Below are positions 10,828 through 22,733 of a stretch of 64,000 nucleotides of DNA, in pieces (positions within the stretch are counted from its first letter, which is position 1; each line of letters begins with the position of its first letter). The notes below the pieces were generated by a model. That model was not told the origin of the DNA and did no database searches. It saw only the letters and a program-made list of their open reading frames with translations. The stretch is taken from positions 496,001 to 560,000 of the forward strand of contig JAKMXF010000144.1 in the NCBI GenBank assembly GCA_024704765.1, written 5' to 3'. This DNA comes from Oopsacas minuta (lineage: Eukaryota > Animalia > Porifera). The translations under genes and the position numbers were made by a program.

Positions 10828-11028
10828 TATTAGGCCCAGCATAGCTAATATTATAAGACAGATATCTAATAATTATGGAACTATTAGAAGTAATTAATTA
10901 CTACCAGTTCCACTTTCATCTTATGATTAATTTCTAACACCTAATCTGTTCGTTGGTGTTTTATTCTGTATTGGGTGATTTCTGTAGCTTTATTTTCGTG
11001 TAATGTCATTCTAATTCTACCATGACAA

Positions 11029-14000
11029 ATGACAAACATTTTCATTTGTAGTATAAAATGCATTACTTTATACTATTGTTCTATTAGTAACGCATCATTT
11101 GCTACACATCAAGAATACGATCGTGCTTTTGTGGAATTCAACAATTTCACCATAGAAGGTAATAAAATCAGACTCTCTCCAGGTCGACCAATTGGATTAG
11201 ATTTAACACGAATTTCTCTCTTTCCCGAAAAGATGTCATCCTTTTCTCCAAATCAAAATGATGAATTCCCTCCTCTACCTCCATCTACTAATGCCTCACC
11301 CTCTCCAGATGTAGATCCCAATCTTGTACCCAATAATCTGAATTTGAACCCCACACAGTCTGTCCCACCCCAAGTACTTATTCCTACACAGGCCCAACAG
11401 ATGCGACCTCAAATCCACCTCCTTCCAAATCCTGGTGTTTCCTCTAGATTCCGTATGCCTAATAATCCTAACTTTCACCCTCCCAATCCCCCTCCAATCT
11501 TACCAGATAATCCTCTTATCATGCCAACCAATCCTCCTACCATATCAGCTGATCCTACTACCATTCCAGATCCCTCCACTACAACTACACATGATACACC
11601 TTCTGCAGAAGCAGCCCTGTATTCACCTGAATCTACTGATGCTAACAATCTGTATTGTGATGGTCCACTAAAGATAGCTGAGCATAGTGGTGATGAAGGA
11701 TTTGAAGTGACAGTTGATGACGTAAGCCCTACTGTCCTAGCTCCATTAGCCTCCTCGATTATTGGTATGTCTGGTGGTAACCTAGACCAGCCTACACAGC
11801 CCAATCTAGACGGTACCCCTACCATTCCTGCACCCCCTCTGGTGAACAAATCCCCTGAAAAAGACCTCAAGCAGAATCAAACTATAAATCCAGAAATCAA
11901 ATCTGATGAACCAGTAATTAAACAAGACACACATCCCAATGAATTCCCTACAGCTGTGAATGGCTATGCCAATGGGATAGATGGACTTGAACATACCTCT
12001 TCTTTCTCATCTGAAGTAAACCGGGCTAATCTAGCTGGACGCTACATGTTTTCTGATAACACCGATCCCAGAAAAATCAACAAGGAGTTCCCTTTCAAGG
12101 TGACATACGTACCTGACTTCATGAATGTTTATGGTATAATTGGTTACCATGACGACTTACAACAATTCGATGCAATGAAAGCTGAAATGAAGGAAATATG
12201 CGATAAAGCAAAGAACCCACTTTCTGTTAGTGCACTATTCCCTAACAATATGTACATATATCTGGACCCTCAAGGTGAAGCATTTCGCGTGCTCTTCAAA
12301 TCTAAACATGAGAAGAATGAATCTTCTCTCCTACTAATTGATATAGGAAGGTTTCTACCCACTGGTCACGAATCTCTCTATCCTATTCCGGAAGAATTAG
12401 CAGAAATACCCTATCTCTGTATCAGACTCAAACTCAATAACGTTAGAACACCTCATTTTCTCACTAAGTCCGAAATGTTTGAGATTGGAAAGATGTTCAT
12501 AAAAGCATTCCATATTTATACAGCTTATAAACATGGTTTGGATAAACATGGATGTCTATATATTGATCTTGTTGAAAATGACATTATAGTCAACAAGAAA
12601 ATCATGGATTATCTGGCCACTTATAATCCCAATTTCCCTCTAACATCCCCTGGTTTTACTCGCTCCCAGTTTTCATTTCCACCCTTCAATCCTGCACCCC
12701 CTAGCTCCACCCAACAAGTCCCTACCCAGACACAACAAGAGCTCATATACTGTAACGATATACCATTTCATTTTCTATCTCCACGGACTACCTGTACAAT
12801 AACCACACTCAATATAACTTCACCAGTACGTATATACGCTACGGAATATCATCCAGAAGCAATATCCAAACTAGACACCTTACAGACAGATCTGAATACA
12901 CAAGCTCCTACATTTAATCCTGTTACTCATCCTGAATTGGGATTATTCGTCACTGCCTATAGAACAGTGATTGGAGCATGGTGTCGTGCCGAAATTGTCC
13001 AGATACTCAATGAATCTTTATGTTCCATATTTTATATTGATCATGGTTGTCATGAAGCGATTGTTCATGACAAACTGAGACTGCCTAGTCCAATTTTCAA
13101 GACACTACCCAAACAAGCATTGACTCTCTCACTGGACAATGTATTATCTATAAATCCGACTGGAGAGTGGGATCAAATTGCTACTGACTTTGTTAAGACT
13201 CATTGCATTAACAAGAAGAGAGTTATTAAGGTAGTGGATAAAGTTAAAGATTTATTTCAAGTGATTCTATTTGAAGATGATTCTTGTCAAAATACGATAA
13301 ATCAGAAATTAGTTGAACTTGGACTATGTACCACTATAAACTCTGCACCCTATACTTACCCCAAGCAGTTTCCCCTCTCTGGTCCTGTTCCTGATAAATT
13401 TCGTTCCTCTACTGAGGATAGACCGTATACTGCTCAGCCTAAGAAGAAATGGGTACCTGATAATCCTATATACGCTCCTGGACAGCCAACTAAACAACAA
13501 CTAGAAGTGGGACAGAATACTTCCACTGATAAAAATCGTGCATATCCTCAGTCTAGAAATGATACCAGTTCACATTCAGGTTTTAACATGCACCAGCAAC
13601 AATCATCAGTACGAAATATGTTTGTTCCGCGGCAAATTTCGAATTTTAGTCAAGATTCTCAGAGTTGCTGTGGACGACAATCTTACCAAAGCAACAAATC
13701 TCCTCATCGTAATAATAACAAATTCAATCAGGGCCAAAGTTCAAATCGATACAACAATAATACAAACACGAATCAAGCATCCAACAGACACAATAATAAT
13801 AATAATCAAGGATACCATAATACATATCCAAATAGAAATTATAACCGTAACTACTTTGATAATCAACAACAAAACTATTTCCAAAATAGCCAACGATCAC
13901 AGAGTAATAATTTCGGACATGCTACTAAAGTGTCACCTCGTAAATCTAAACCGCAAGTTATTGAGACGAAATTAGGAGAACAGACGCCGATATTCTTCCC

Positions 14001-17000
14001 ATCATCCACATTAGAGGCCTACTGTCCGGCATTTGAAAAGGCATGTAAAGATAAGATACCTGTAGAAATATCTCACATTGGAAGTCCAAATGATTTTTCT
14101 GTCATTCCTGTCATGGAGAAGGAGCGTTTCAAAGCTTTTATTACCAGACTGAACGATGCCAGTACTAACAAACCTATGCTTACTGCTCCTATTCTAGGCC
14201 AGTTGTGTCTGTATAGAGATGAATCTAACGGTTTGTACCGTGCTGAGGTGACTTCAGCTAAGGAAGATGATAAAATATCGATTTATTTGATTGATTATGG
14301 TTCGATGGCTGAAACTAATCTCTGTAATCTCCAAGCACCCCCATATGAAGTTTTAGAATACAATTCCCCTCTCGCTCTCAACTGCTCCCTAAGGGATATC
14401 CGTCCAAAGGCTGGTGCTTGGTCTAACAGTGAGACTGAAATATTCAAATCCCTTACTCTGAACAAAATATTCAATATGTCATCAGCTGATCTGAAACATG
14501 TAGATTTATGGGATCCTAAACACAAGATTTCTGTTAACACACAGTTTGATGCGATACGTAATCGTACACCCACTACTCCTATCCCCTTTGACAACTCATA
14601 CGCCTTGAAGTATGCCCCCAGTATATTTCCTAGCTCCGGGCAACAGCCAATAATAATTACAGACTACTTAACCAATAAAGTTATTTGTGTTCAGATAGTT
14701 CGTGATGTTGCTAACAATATGCGAGGAATAGAGTCTAAACTAAGATCTCTGCAGTTTAAATGCGCAGAACAGCTTAACCCCAGCGTACCTTGTGTAGCTC
14801 AGTTCTCAGAGGACAATGATTGGTACAGGGCTAGAGTGTTAAGTGTTCAAGAATCAGGTCTGTTAGTGGAATTTGTGGATTTCGGGAATAAGGAAGAGAA
14901 ACATACAAACCAAGTACGTGCCTTACCCCCAGAGCTTGTAGAACCTGCTCCCCTCGCTCACCACTGTTTGATATATCAGGTGTCAGAACTGGGAGAGAAC
15001 TGGTCAGTTGATATCAAACAGAAACTCAGTCAATATATAAATGAAAAAGCTACAGCTTTATGGAGAGGAGAATCTAACCGTATGCCTATTATTGAGTTAT
15101 TCAGAGATGATCCTCCTAATTTGACCTCTATGACAAGAGATCTCCAGCTGATCTTGAACTCGTGTAAACCAGAAGTACCCCCCTCACCCCAAAGATCAAG
15201 ATTTGCAGACATACAGCCTCAAGTCTTGGAGGCAGGTCGATCCTACCCCTCTATGCTCCTCTGTTGTCAGAATCCACACAGCATCTGGATAATACGTACA
15301 GCTGATATAGAGAAACTAAGTAGTTTATCTAATCAGCTGATCCAGCATTTCTCCCAGACCCCTCACTTAACACAGTTTATGCCTACCCCTCAAGAGGTAT
15401 GTGCATTCCATAGTGCTTCTGATGGTAAGATGTATCGGTGTATAGTGGAAGCTATAGATGATGGTAGAACTAAGGCTTATATAAATCTATTTGATATGGT
15501 GGATATCAGATGGGTGGAGCTCTGTCACGTTCAGCCGCTAGACCCTTCCTTCCTTGTACTGCCTCCTTTAGCGTTTCACTGCAAACTCGCTAACATAGCA
15601 CCTCTGGAATCTGACTGGCCTCCTAACTTGTTAGAAGAGCTAGTAACGACTTTAAAAGATAAAGAAATGTCAGTAATTGCTAAAGATAAAATTGACAATC
15701 TCTTCTCTATTGATATTTCTACAGACATGTGTATTTCTCTGTCTGAAGACTTAATATTCCGTGGCCTAGCTAGGAACACAACAGCCACATTCTTAAACGC
15801 TACTAATCTCTTCGTTCAGCCTCTACCAATTCCAATGCAGAATGAATATATTCAAGTATTTATTCTGGAGGTTAAGTCCCCAGCAGAATTCTATGTCTCT
15901 ATAGTTGATAAAACAGTACAGGAAAATCAAGGAGATATGATGAGCAGATTGAATACGTATTGTAGTACAGCTAAGTTTATCTCATTCAAGCCATTCATTG
16001 GTATGCTATGTGCAGCTCGTTTTGAGAATATATGGTATAGAGCAAAAATTACAACAATCGATGTTACGTCAATAACCATACATTTCATTGATTTCGGTAA
16101 CTACAGTGAATGTGCTATTGATGAGGTTATTCCATTGACTGATGTATCTTATCTCCATTTCCCAGCACAAGCAATACATTGCAGTCTAGCGAATGTCCAG
16201 CCAATAGAATCCACTTGGTCAAAACAAGCCATAAATATGTTGGGCTCTCTAATATATGACAGATTATTCAACGCTAAAATACTCGGTACAGAAGGGAACG
16301 TATTCTTGTTAGAGCTTATTGATACTTCATCAGCTCAGGATATCAATATAGCTCATGAATTGATAAAAGCACAACACGCTATATCTCCTTATACACAGCC
16401 AGTACCTGCTCCTCAGGGGGCCATTAGCCAACCTACAAATCCTGTCTACACCACACAACATCCTATCATCAGTGCCACACAGCAAGCTCCAGTACCCCAG
16501 AGTATTCAACAACCAAATTCATTGCAGTACTCTGTTCCTCCCACACCCTTACAGCCTGTATACGTAGTCCCCCAACACCCAGCTCCTATACAACCCACTG
16601 TACAAGTCCCTATGATACCTCAGCCTACTCCTTCTATTATGCATCAAACATCATTACCAATACAGTCTGTACCCTATTGTCCTCAGGTAGCGCCTCAGCC
16701 TTACTCTAACAATGTTCCGGTTCAGACCTTTCAGAATGTTCCTCAACAAACTCCTATCCTTCCTCAAGTCTCAAATGCACATATACAATCCCAGGTCCTT
16801 CTTCAAGCGTTTCAAAATGTATCTCTAAATGCACCTCAACCTCCAATCAGTATACCTCCTCAAATCATCCAAAATGTGCCTCAACAACCTCAGGCTCCTC
16901 TTCGACCCCCTCCACTGGCCCCAGTTACCCCACAGGTCCCTATCCCTCCTGCACCCACCTACCCTGCCACTCCTGTATCCACTACCCAGATCCCTCATGG

Positions 17001-18090
17001 CTCTCTCCCTAAAGATAAGGTTTTCCAATGTGTAATATGTATGGTGCTAAGTCCTATTGAACTGGTAATACAGTGTATGGATGATTCTGTTATCTCTGGT
17101 TTGAAGAAAACTAATGAAATCATATCGTCTCAAATAGAATACACTCCTCCTCTCTCCTCCCCTGTACCGGGCTGTTATTGCCTAGCCTGTTTTAGAGAAG
17201 ACAAAACATGGTATAGAGCTAAAGTAGTCAATGTTAACGGAGCTGCAGTTAGAGTAGAGTTTCTGGATTACGGAAATTTCGAGGAACAATCCATGATTGA
17301 GCTTAGACAAATGCCAGAGCAACTCAAGACTATCCCACGTTTGTGTTGTAGTGTCAATTTCCACGGAGTAAAAGCGAATAATGATAGTTTGTGTGTGGAA
17401 TACTTGAAAAGTTTCCAATTAGCATATACTACACTGACAGGAGAGATAATTGACAGATCCTCAAACTCTATCGAGCTGTATCAAAATGATAAGAACATAA
17501 TTGATAATCTTATACTTAGCAATTCTTTCACGGTTTCTGCTATACCTTTCAAACGTGAGCCATTGAAATCAGATTCTTATATGAGGGCAATGGTTCTGGA
17601 AATTAAAGGATTAGACAACTTCTATTTGAACTGTGGAGAACACGAGCAAGAGTTGAACACAGTGATTCAAGAAATAATGAATTTCTGTTCCCAGGAAGAT
17701 GCTGATCCTGAGTTTATTCCCATCCGTGGTGCAACCTGTGTAGCTCTATACTCTGTAGATAATACATGGTACAGAGCTAGTATCATATCACTACCAAACC
17801 CGGACAATGTAATTGTTCAGTTTATTGATTACGGGAACACAGAATTGGTACCTCGTATCAATATCAGATCTCTTCCTAGTCAGTTCCTAACTCTCCCTGC
17901 TCAGTCTATTCACTGTACATTATCCCTGACACAACTTAGCCAGGAACAAGCCGAAATGAATGAGAAATTCCGTGCAGCAGTAGGTAGCAAAGTTGTTTTT
18001 GCTCGATCTCTTGCTGAGAATACTGATCCCACTTATGTTGAGATTCTCAACGAACAGCATCAAAATATACTGACTAGTTTATCTCACTAG
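11029..18090 (+). CDS. Giant multi-Tudor (TDRD6/TDRD15-like) protein with about 8 extended Tudor domains and N/Q- and P/Q-rich spacers; true 5' end unresolved
   Basis: 7-kb uninterrupted ORF. Tudor cores: WCRAEI..FYIDHG, LYRAEV..LIDYG, WYRARV..FVDFG, WYRAKI..FIDFG, WYRAKV..FLDYG, WYRASI..FIDYG, plus two degenerate ones. RRM-tail-like ASFATHQEYDRAFVEFNNFTIEGNKIRL follows an acceptor at 11087. Confidence 0.9.
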   Translation: MTNIFICSIKCITLYYCSISNASFATHQEYDRAFVEFNNFTIEGNKIRLSPGRPIGLDLTRISLFPEKMSSFSPNQNDEFPPLPPSTNASPSPDVDPNLVPNNLNLNPTQSVPPQVLIPTQAQQMRPQIHLLPNPGVSSRFRMPNNPNFHPPNPPPILPDNPLIMPTNPPTISADPTTIPDPSTTTTHDTPSAEAALYSPESTDANNLYCDGPLKIAEHSGDEGFEVTVDDVSPTVLAPLASSIIGMSGGNLDQPTQPNLDGTPTIPAPPLVNKSPEKDLKQNQTINPEIKSDEPVIKQDTHPNEFPTAVNGYANGIDGLEHTSSFSSEVNRANLAGRYMFSDNTDPRKINKEFPFKVTYVPDFMNVYGIIGYHDDLQQFDAMKAEMKEICDKAKNPLSVSALFPNNMYIYLDPQGEAFRVLFKSKHEKNESSLLLIDIGRFLPTGHESLYPIPEELAEIPYLCIRLKLNNVRTPHFLTKSEMFEIGKMFIKAFHIYTAYKHGLDKHGCLYIDLVENDIIVNKKIMDYLATYNPNFPLTSPGFTRSQFSFPPFNPAPPSSTQQVPTQTQQELIYCNDIPFHFLSPRTTCTITTLNITSPVRIYATEYHPEAISKLDTLQTDLNTQAPTFNPVTHPELGLFVTAYRTVIGAWCRAEIVQILNESLCSIFYIDHGCHEAIVHDKLRLPSPIFKTLPKQALTLSLDNVLSINPTGEWDQIATDFVKTHCINKKRVIKVVDKVKDLFQVILFEDDSCQNTINQKLVELGLCTTINSAPYTYPKQFPLSGPVPDKFRSSTEDRPYTAQPKKKWVPDNPIYAPGQPTKQQLEVGQNTSTDKNRAYPQSRNDTSSHSGFNMHQQQSSVRNMFVPRQISNFSQDSQSCCGRQSYQSNKSPHRNNNKFNQGQSSNRYNNNTNTNQASNRHNNNNNQGYHNTYPNRNYNRNYFDNQQQNYFQNSQRSQSNNFGHATKVSPRKSKPQVIETKLGEQTPIFFPSSTLEAYCPAFEKACKDKIPVEISHIGSPNDFSVIPVMEKERFKAFITRLNDASTNKPMLTAPILGQLCLYRDESNGLYRAEVTSAKEDDKISIYLIDYGSMAETNLCNLQAPPYEVLEYNSPLALNCSLRDIRPKAGAWSNSETEIFKSLTLNKIFNMSSADLKHVDLWDPKHKISVNTQFDAIRNRTPTTPIPFDNSYALKYAPSIFPSSGQQPIIITDYLTNKVICVQIVRDVANNMRGIESKLRSLQFKCAEQLNPSVPCVAQFSEDNDWYRARVLSVQESGLLVEFVDFGNKEEKHTNQVRALPPELVEPAPLAHHCLIYQVSELGENWSVDIKQKLSQYINEKATALWRGESNRMPIIELFRDDPPNLTSMTRDLQLILNSCKPEVPPSPQRSRFADIQPQVLEAGRSYPSMLLCCQNPHSIWIIRTADIEKLSSLSNQLIQHFSQTPHLTQFMPTPQEVCAFHSASDGKMYRCIVEAIDDGRTKAYINLFDMVDIRWVELCHVQPLDPSFLVLPPLAFHCKLANIAPLESDWPPNLLEELVTTLKDKEMSVIAKDKIDNLFSIDISTDMCISLSEDLIFRGLARNTTATFLNATNLFVQPLPIPMQNEYIQVFILEVKSPAEFYVSIVDKTVQENQGDMMSRLNTYCSTAKFISFKPFIGMLCAARFENIWYRAKITTIDVTSITIHFIDFGNYSECAIDEVIPLTDVSYLHFPAQAIHCSLANVQPIESTWSKQAINMLGSLIYDRLFNAKILGTEGNVFLLELIDTSSAQDINIAHELIKAQHAISPYTQPVPAPQGAISQPTNPVYTTQHPIISATQQAPVPQSIQQPNSLQYSVPPTPLQPVYVVPQHPAPIQPTVQVPMIPQPTPSIMHQTSLPIQSVPYCPQVAPQPYSNNVPVQTFQNVPQQTPILPQVSNAHIQSQVLLQAFQNVSLNAPQPPISIPPQIIQNVPQQPQAPLRPPPLAPVTPQVPIPPAPTYPATPVSTTQIPHGSLPKDKVFQCVICMVLSPIELVIQCMDDSVISGLKKTNEIISSQIEYTPPLSSPVPGCYCLACFREDKTWYRAKVVNVNGAAVRVEFLDYGNFEEQSMIELRQMPEQLKTIPRLCCSVNFHGVKANNDSLCVEYLKSFQLAYTTLTGEIIDRSSNSIELYQNDKNIIDNLILSNSFTVSAIPFKREPLKSDSYMRAMVLEIKGLDNFYLNCGEHEQELNTVIQEIMNFCSQEDADPEFIPIRGATCVALYSVDNTWYRASIISLPNPDNVIVQFIDYGNTELVPRINIRSLPSQFLTLPAQSIHCTLSLTQLSQEQAEMNEKFRAAVGSKVVFARSLAENTDPTYVEILNEQHQNILTSLSH

Positions 18091-18654
18091 AGTTCCAAGT
18101 TATCGTTAGGTCTTTTTTGATTTGTTGCAAAGTTCGAGTTCTTTATATTTAGTTTGAAGATCAACTCTAGCGAGTATGGAATATACACACAAGCATTATT
18201 CCCGTCGTATTTTATTTCTATACCATGGCTATTATTAATGCATTTAATTTTCTCTAATAACTAGATTATTGATATATGATTCTGGGATATATTGTGTTAC
18301 GTGTAATAGAGTAGATGCATAACCATCCTCTAGAAAACGGTTATGATATATCTGTATATTTTATGGCGGTTATAAGAACATGTACTGCTACTTCCAAGGG
18401 TATACTAATATTCGGGATTCACTGAATTTCAAACATGTTAGCCATCTGGGAAGGAATTTTCATTGCTGAATACTATGAAAATGCTTTTTGTGGGGAAAAA
18501 TCCATTCATCCATGTGGGTTAATGGTTTAGTAAATGGACTCGAAACTGAGTCTCAGACAATATATTAATATTATCTACAAGTTTATCATATTATTTTCCT
18601 CATTTTATACGTATGTAGATTCTAGTAGATAATCTAGTTTGCTAGTTTGTTAAT

Positions 18655-19741
18655 ATGATCAAAAGTTCACAAGGTTCATCTGCTCGCATCGTAGCAGCTA
18701 TTCTCTGCTCTATGGTAGTAATATTACTTGTTCTATACATCCGTCAAACTAATCAATACAGTACACTCCTCCGTATTCATCATCAGTCACAGAACTCTAT
18801 GCAAGAGAAGACGATAGATATTGCAAAACTTAAGAATGAGCTCAAAGTTAAAGATTCTCAATGCACAGCCGAATTGGAAACTCTGGATAATGAAGCTACT
18901 GAGTGCGATATTAAATCACAGGCTTTGGATAAGGAACTCGAAAATATCAAGAAGAAAGTGGTAATAATTCTATTTAAAATCCTACTTATGAATATTTATT
19001 CTTTTTTCTATTTTAGTCTGCAGCACAAGACGATAAAGCTTCTTACGATTGTAAGCTATATTATTTGTATTTAGTTTTCTTATAATACATCTAATATTAT
19101 TTGTTATATAATTAATAGCAATAATTGCTGCTGAAAAGGAAAGGTTCTTACACATGCAGCAACAGCTCCAGAAGGAGGCAGAGACTTGTGTAGTAGAAGG
19201 GTGAGTTGAATGTCATCAGATTAATGTTACTAAGAGAAATTTCAAATCGACTATTCACTTTGAACAATTCAATTTTAGGAAAGAACTAGAAACCAAGTTG
19301 AAAGAATGTGAAGCAAGTAAAGGTGATATACCGCAATTTATTCTAATCTCAATGGAATTACTAATAACCTAACTATTTTTTCTTTACTTTAGCTCTTCCA
19401 CCCCCCAATCCAGTTGCTCCTAAGGTTTGTTCTGTCATTCATGGTGTATCCACTATTTCGGAGTGTCTCACATTTCCAAATAAGCATGTCATCTACCTAA
19501 ATCAGGGCATATTAGTTTACATTATGCTAGTTATCATTTTACACAGACAAAAGGAATTAATGATTTCAAATCCAAATGCTTGTCTGTTAATTTCTGATAA
19601 TATCAAGAGATCTTGAAACCCAAATTTAATGTATTAATTGCCTTATAGATTAATGACTTGAACCCAATGGAAATAGCTCCAGAAATGAAACAAGAAGGCC
19701 TTACGGACGAAAACACAGAATCTGTCCAAATTACTCCATGA
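18655..19741 (+). CDS. Multi-exon type II membrane coiled-coil protein (GOLM1/CASC4-like topology)
   Basis: Short N-tail, TM (IVAAILCSMVVILLVLYI), coiled coil; small in-frame exons follow (SAAQDDKASYD; IIAAEKERFLHMQQQL; KELETKLKECEASK; LPPPNPVAPK; last exon 19649-19741). The family call rests on topology only. Confidence 0.6.
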
Positions 19742-19999
19742 TTACAGTTACTTATCTTCTTATGGATTGTTATTAGAATTTAGGATATAATGTCTTGGAT
19801 CTCATTTGTGTGATTGAGAATTATTTTACAATAATTATATCTAAACCCAATTGAATTCAATACAAACTTTATTAACTCAGGAGTTCTGAATTGATACCAT
19901 ATTTTGCACGTACGTATTTTCAATTTGATTTTCCAAATAACGTATTGATGTATAGCCCGAGTGTATATCAAAATATTTAATTTGTAATTAGTTGTACGA

Positions 20000-20809
20000 A
20001 TGACTCGAGGTCCCAAAAAACATTTGAAGCGATTGCAAGCTCCCAGACGTTGGATGTTAGACAAACTAAGCGGGAACTTTGCACCCAAGCCATCCAGTGG
20101 CCCGCACAAAACTCGCGAATGTCTCCCCCTTGTGATCCTATTGAGGAACAGACTCAAGTACGCCCTCACCTACACTGAGGCTAAGAAAATCCTCAAATCC
20201 AGGAATATCAAAGTAGACGGGAAAGTACGAACTGAAGTGAAGTACCCTACAGGCCTAATGGATGTCATTAGCATACCAAAAACTAAACAAATGTTCCGTC
20301 TCCTCTATGACGTAAAGGGACGGTACATTCTTCACCAGATAGGTGATGAGGAGAGTAGATACAAACTGGGGCGTGTCAAGAAGGTAGGAACAGGTCCTAA
20401 AGGGATCCACTATGTCGTTACTCATGACGGTCGTACTTTCAGGTATCCTAATCCAGATATAAAACAAAGTGATACGGTTAAGATTGACCTCAAAGACTAT
20501 AAGATTACTGATCATATCAAGTTTGATATCGGTGCGTTAGTAATGGTAACAGGTGGACGTAATTTAGGGCGAATTGGTATAATTACTAACCGTGAGAGGC
20601 ATCAGGGATCATTCGAAATTATCCACGTGAAGGACTTTACTCAGCAAACATTTGCTACACGTATGGCTAATGTGTTTGTGATTGGTAAGGAGAAGAACCC
20701 TTGGGTGTCTTTACCTAAGGGTAAGGGAGTACGTCTGACAATCATTGAAGAGAGGAACAGACGTCTTGCTGAGAAGGCTAAAGCAACTTCTATATCAGTG
20801 AGTAGCTAA
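20000..20809 (+). CDS. RPS4: 40S ribosomal protein S4 (eS4), intronless
   Basis: [23 protein letters not shown]...[35 protein letters not shown]. Confidence 0.98.
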   Translation: MTRGPKKHLKRLQAPRRWMLDKLSGNFAPKPSSGPHKTRECLPLVILLRNRLKYALTYTEAKKILKSRNIKVDGKVRTEVKYPTGLMDVISIPKTKQMFRLLYDVKGRYILHQIGDEESRYKLGRVKKVGTGPKGIHYVVTHDGRTFRYPNPDIKQSDTVKIDLKDYKITDHIKFDIGALVMVTGGRNLGRIGIITNRERHQGSFEIIHVKDFTQQTFATRMANVFVIGKEKNPWVSLPKGKGVRLTIIEERNRRLAEKAKATSISVSS

Positions 20810-21124
20810 ATTATCACGGATTACTTAGGATAATGTATTAGTATATGTAGTGTATTGTAGTGATATTCTATTAGTGGACGTATGTCCTATTCATGAAGGT
20901 AGATTACATTCAATACATTAGTATTGTTATATGGTGAGTTAGCTAACCACTGTGAACCGAATTATAGTTAATTAGGCGCTTAGATTTCAATCTTGTTTAG
21001 CATATTTAACAGAATTTAAAAGTGTGAATTGTCTCAATTTCTTTTGTTTACTATTTTAATATATCTTCCCTAATTTCCATTGAGTAAGTATCACAATAAT
21101 TATACTGTAATTACATAAGTTGGA

Positions 21125-22267
21125 ATGTTCCGACGTATAAGCAGACTATTATTTACTGAATCACCTCGATCGTTCCGTCTCCAGAAGAACATAACTTTCC
21201 CCTCTATAGCTCTAAGCCTTGCTTCATTTTACTACTGGTACTACCACTACCATACAAGACACATAACCACGACGTCTCCCATAATATCAACAGCTTCATG
21301 TCTTGATAAGCCAAATAGCCTTAGGAATAAGATGAACTTCCTAGCTGATGTATGTGATAAGGTACTCCCTAGTGTAGTATACATTGAGTCATCAGGAGGC
21401 GGTAAACTGTTTCATATGGGATCAGGAGGGTCTGGATTTATCATACAGACAAACGGACTGGTACTTACTAACGCACATGTAACAGCTGGAGCTAAATCCG
21501 TCACTGTGCGTCTACACGACAACAAGACACTGAAAGGCCTGGTAGTTGCTATTGATCAATTCAAAGACTTAGCCCTGATACAATTAAATGTTGTTTCTCC
21601 TCTCCCAGCACTCAAACTAGTATCCACAGAGGATCTGAGGGCTGGGGAGATGGTGCTAGCCCTGGGTTCCCCTCTCAGATTGGCTAACACAATTACCTCG
21701 GGGATTGTAAGTCAAGCAAATAGACGTAGTGATGAATTGGGGCTGAGAGGAGAGATGAGTTATATACAAACTGACGCTACTATTATCTCTGGCAATTCAG
21801 GAGGTCCTCTGGTTAATCTAGACGGTGAAGTTATTGGGATTAATACATTGACAGCAGGCCCTGGCGTATCGTTTGCTATTCCATCAGATTACGCAATCAA
21901 AATGATACAAAAACTAACTTCGAATAATACAGTGCTTAAACCTAATTACTACTTAGGTGTTCAGATGTTATCTCTTACTCCACAACTTGTTCACTCGTTG
22001 TTAGAACGTACAACCGATTCTTATCCAGATGACGTCAGAGAAGGAGTCCTAATCGCTACAGTTAATACGCACAGTCCTGCTAATACAGCAGGACTGCGGA
22101 AGGGAGATATTGTAACGCAAGTTAATGGTAAACCTATAAAAACTGCTAGTGAAATTCTCAAGAATATCCCAGAAGGAAAATCCATGAAACTTAGAATTAT
22201 TCGTAGGAACACCAGCTCGCCAATTCTAATTACTGTCACACCCGAATTAGTAGAATGGATTGACTAA
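21125..22267 (+). CDS. HTRA2: Mitochondrial HtrA2/Omi-type serine protease (transit peptide, TM, trypsin domain, PDZ), intronless
   Basis: Arg-rich presequence, TM, catalytic triad motifs TNAHV, DLALI and GNSGGPL, YIQTDA, C-terminal PDZ (YYLGVQM, SPANTAGLRKGDIV). Confidence 0.9.
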   Translation: MFRRISRLLFTESPRSFRLQKNITFPSIALSLASFYYWYYHYHTRHITTTSPIISTASCLDKPNSLRNKMNFLADVCDKVLPSVVYIESSGGGKLFHMGSGGSGFIIQTNGLVLTNAHVTAGAKSVTVRLHDNKTLKGLVVAIDQFKDLALIQLNVVSPLPALKLVSTEDLRAGEMVLALGSPLRLANTITSGIVSQANRRSDELGLRGEMSYIQTDATIISGNSGGPLVNLDGEVIGINTLTAGPGVSFAIPSDYAIKMIQKLTSNNTVLKPNYYLGVQMLSLTPQLVHSLLERTTDSYPDDVREGVLIATVNTHSPANTAGLRKGDIVTQVNGKPIKTASEILKNIPEGKSMKLRIIRRNTSSPILITVTPELVEWID

Positions 22268-22733
22268 TTATTTTAATTTCCGTTTAAACCTTGCAATACA
22301 AGGCGGTACCATTTAATTTCCCGGAACTAATCTAATTTCTATTTTGGCACACATAATTATATCAAACTAATAAAGCGATATAATTGTTGTATTAATGGAA
22401 TTTGATGTAATAATTACAAATTAACCGATGTATGATGTCGGTGTTATCCTTTAAAATGCTGAATATCATTTGCTATAATTAATCAAATTCTTTGTGTAAT
22501 TCATATAGAAATTACTGTTTACATTGACATACGGCAAATCTGGTGAGCATACCATGTGCACAGTTTCTAGTAACCTATATTTATTTATAAAGATTGTTTA
22601 CATATAGACTTTTTTTGCTTGATAAGGTTATTAAAAGTATTTCTGGCATATAATAAATATTTGCAAGATCCAATTATGACAATAAACTCTTTCATTTACT
22701 ATATATTCCAGCATATACACTTACTAGATTAAA

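Noticed and set aside
21125-21330. IAP-binding AVPS motif after the HtrA2 transmembrane segment
   Set aside because: No AVPS-like tetrapeptide is visible (the region reads TASCLDKP), so no IAP-antagonist function is claimed.
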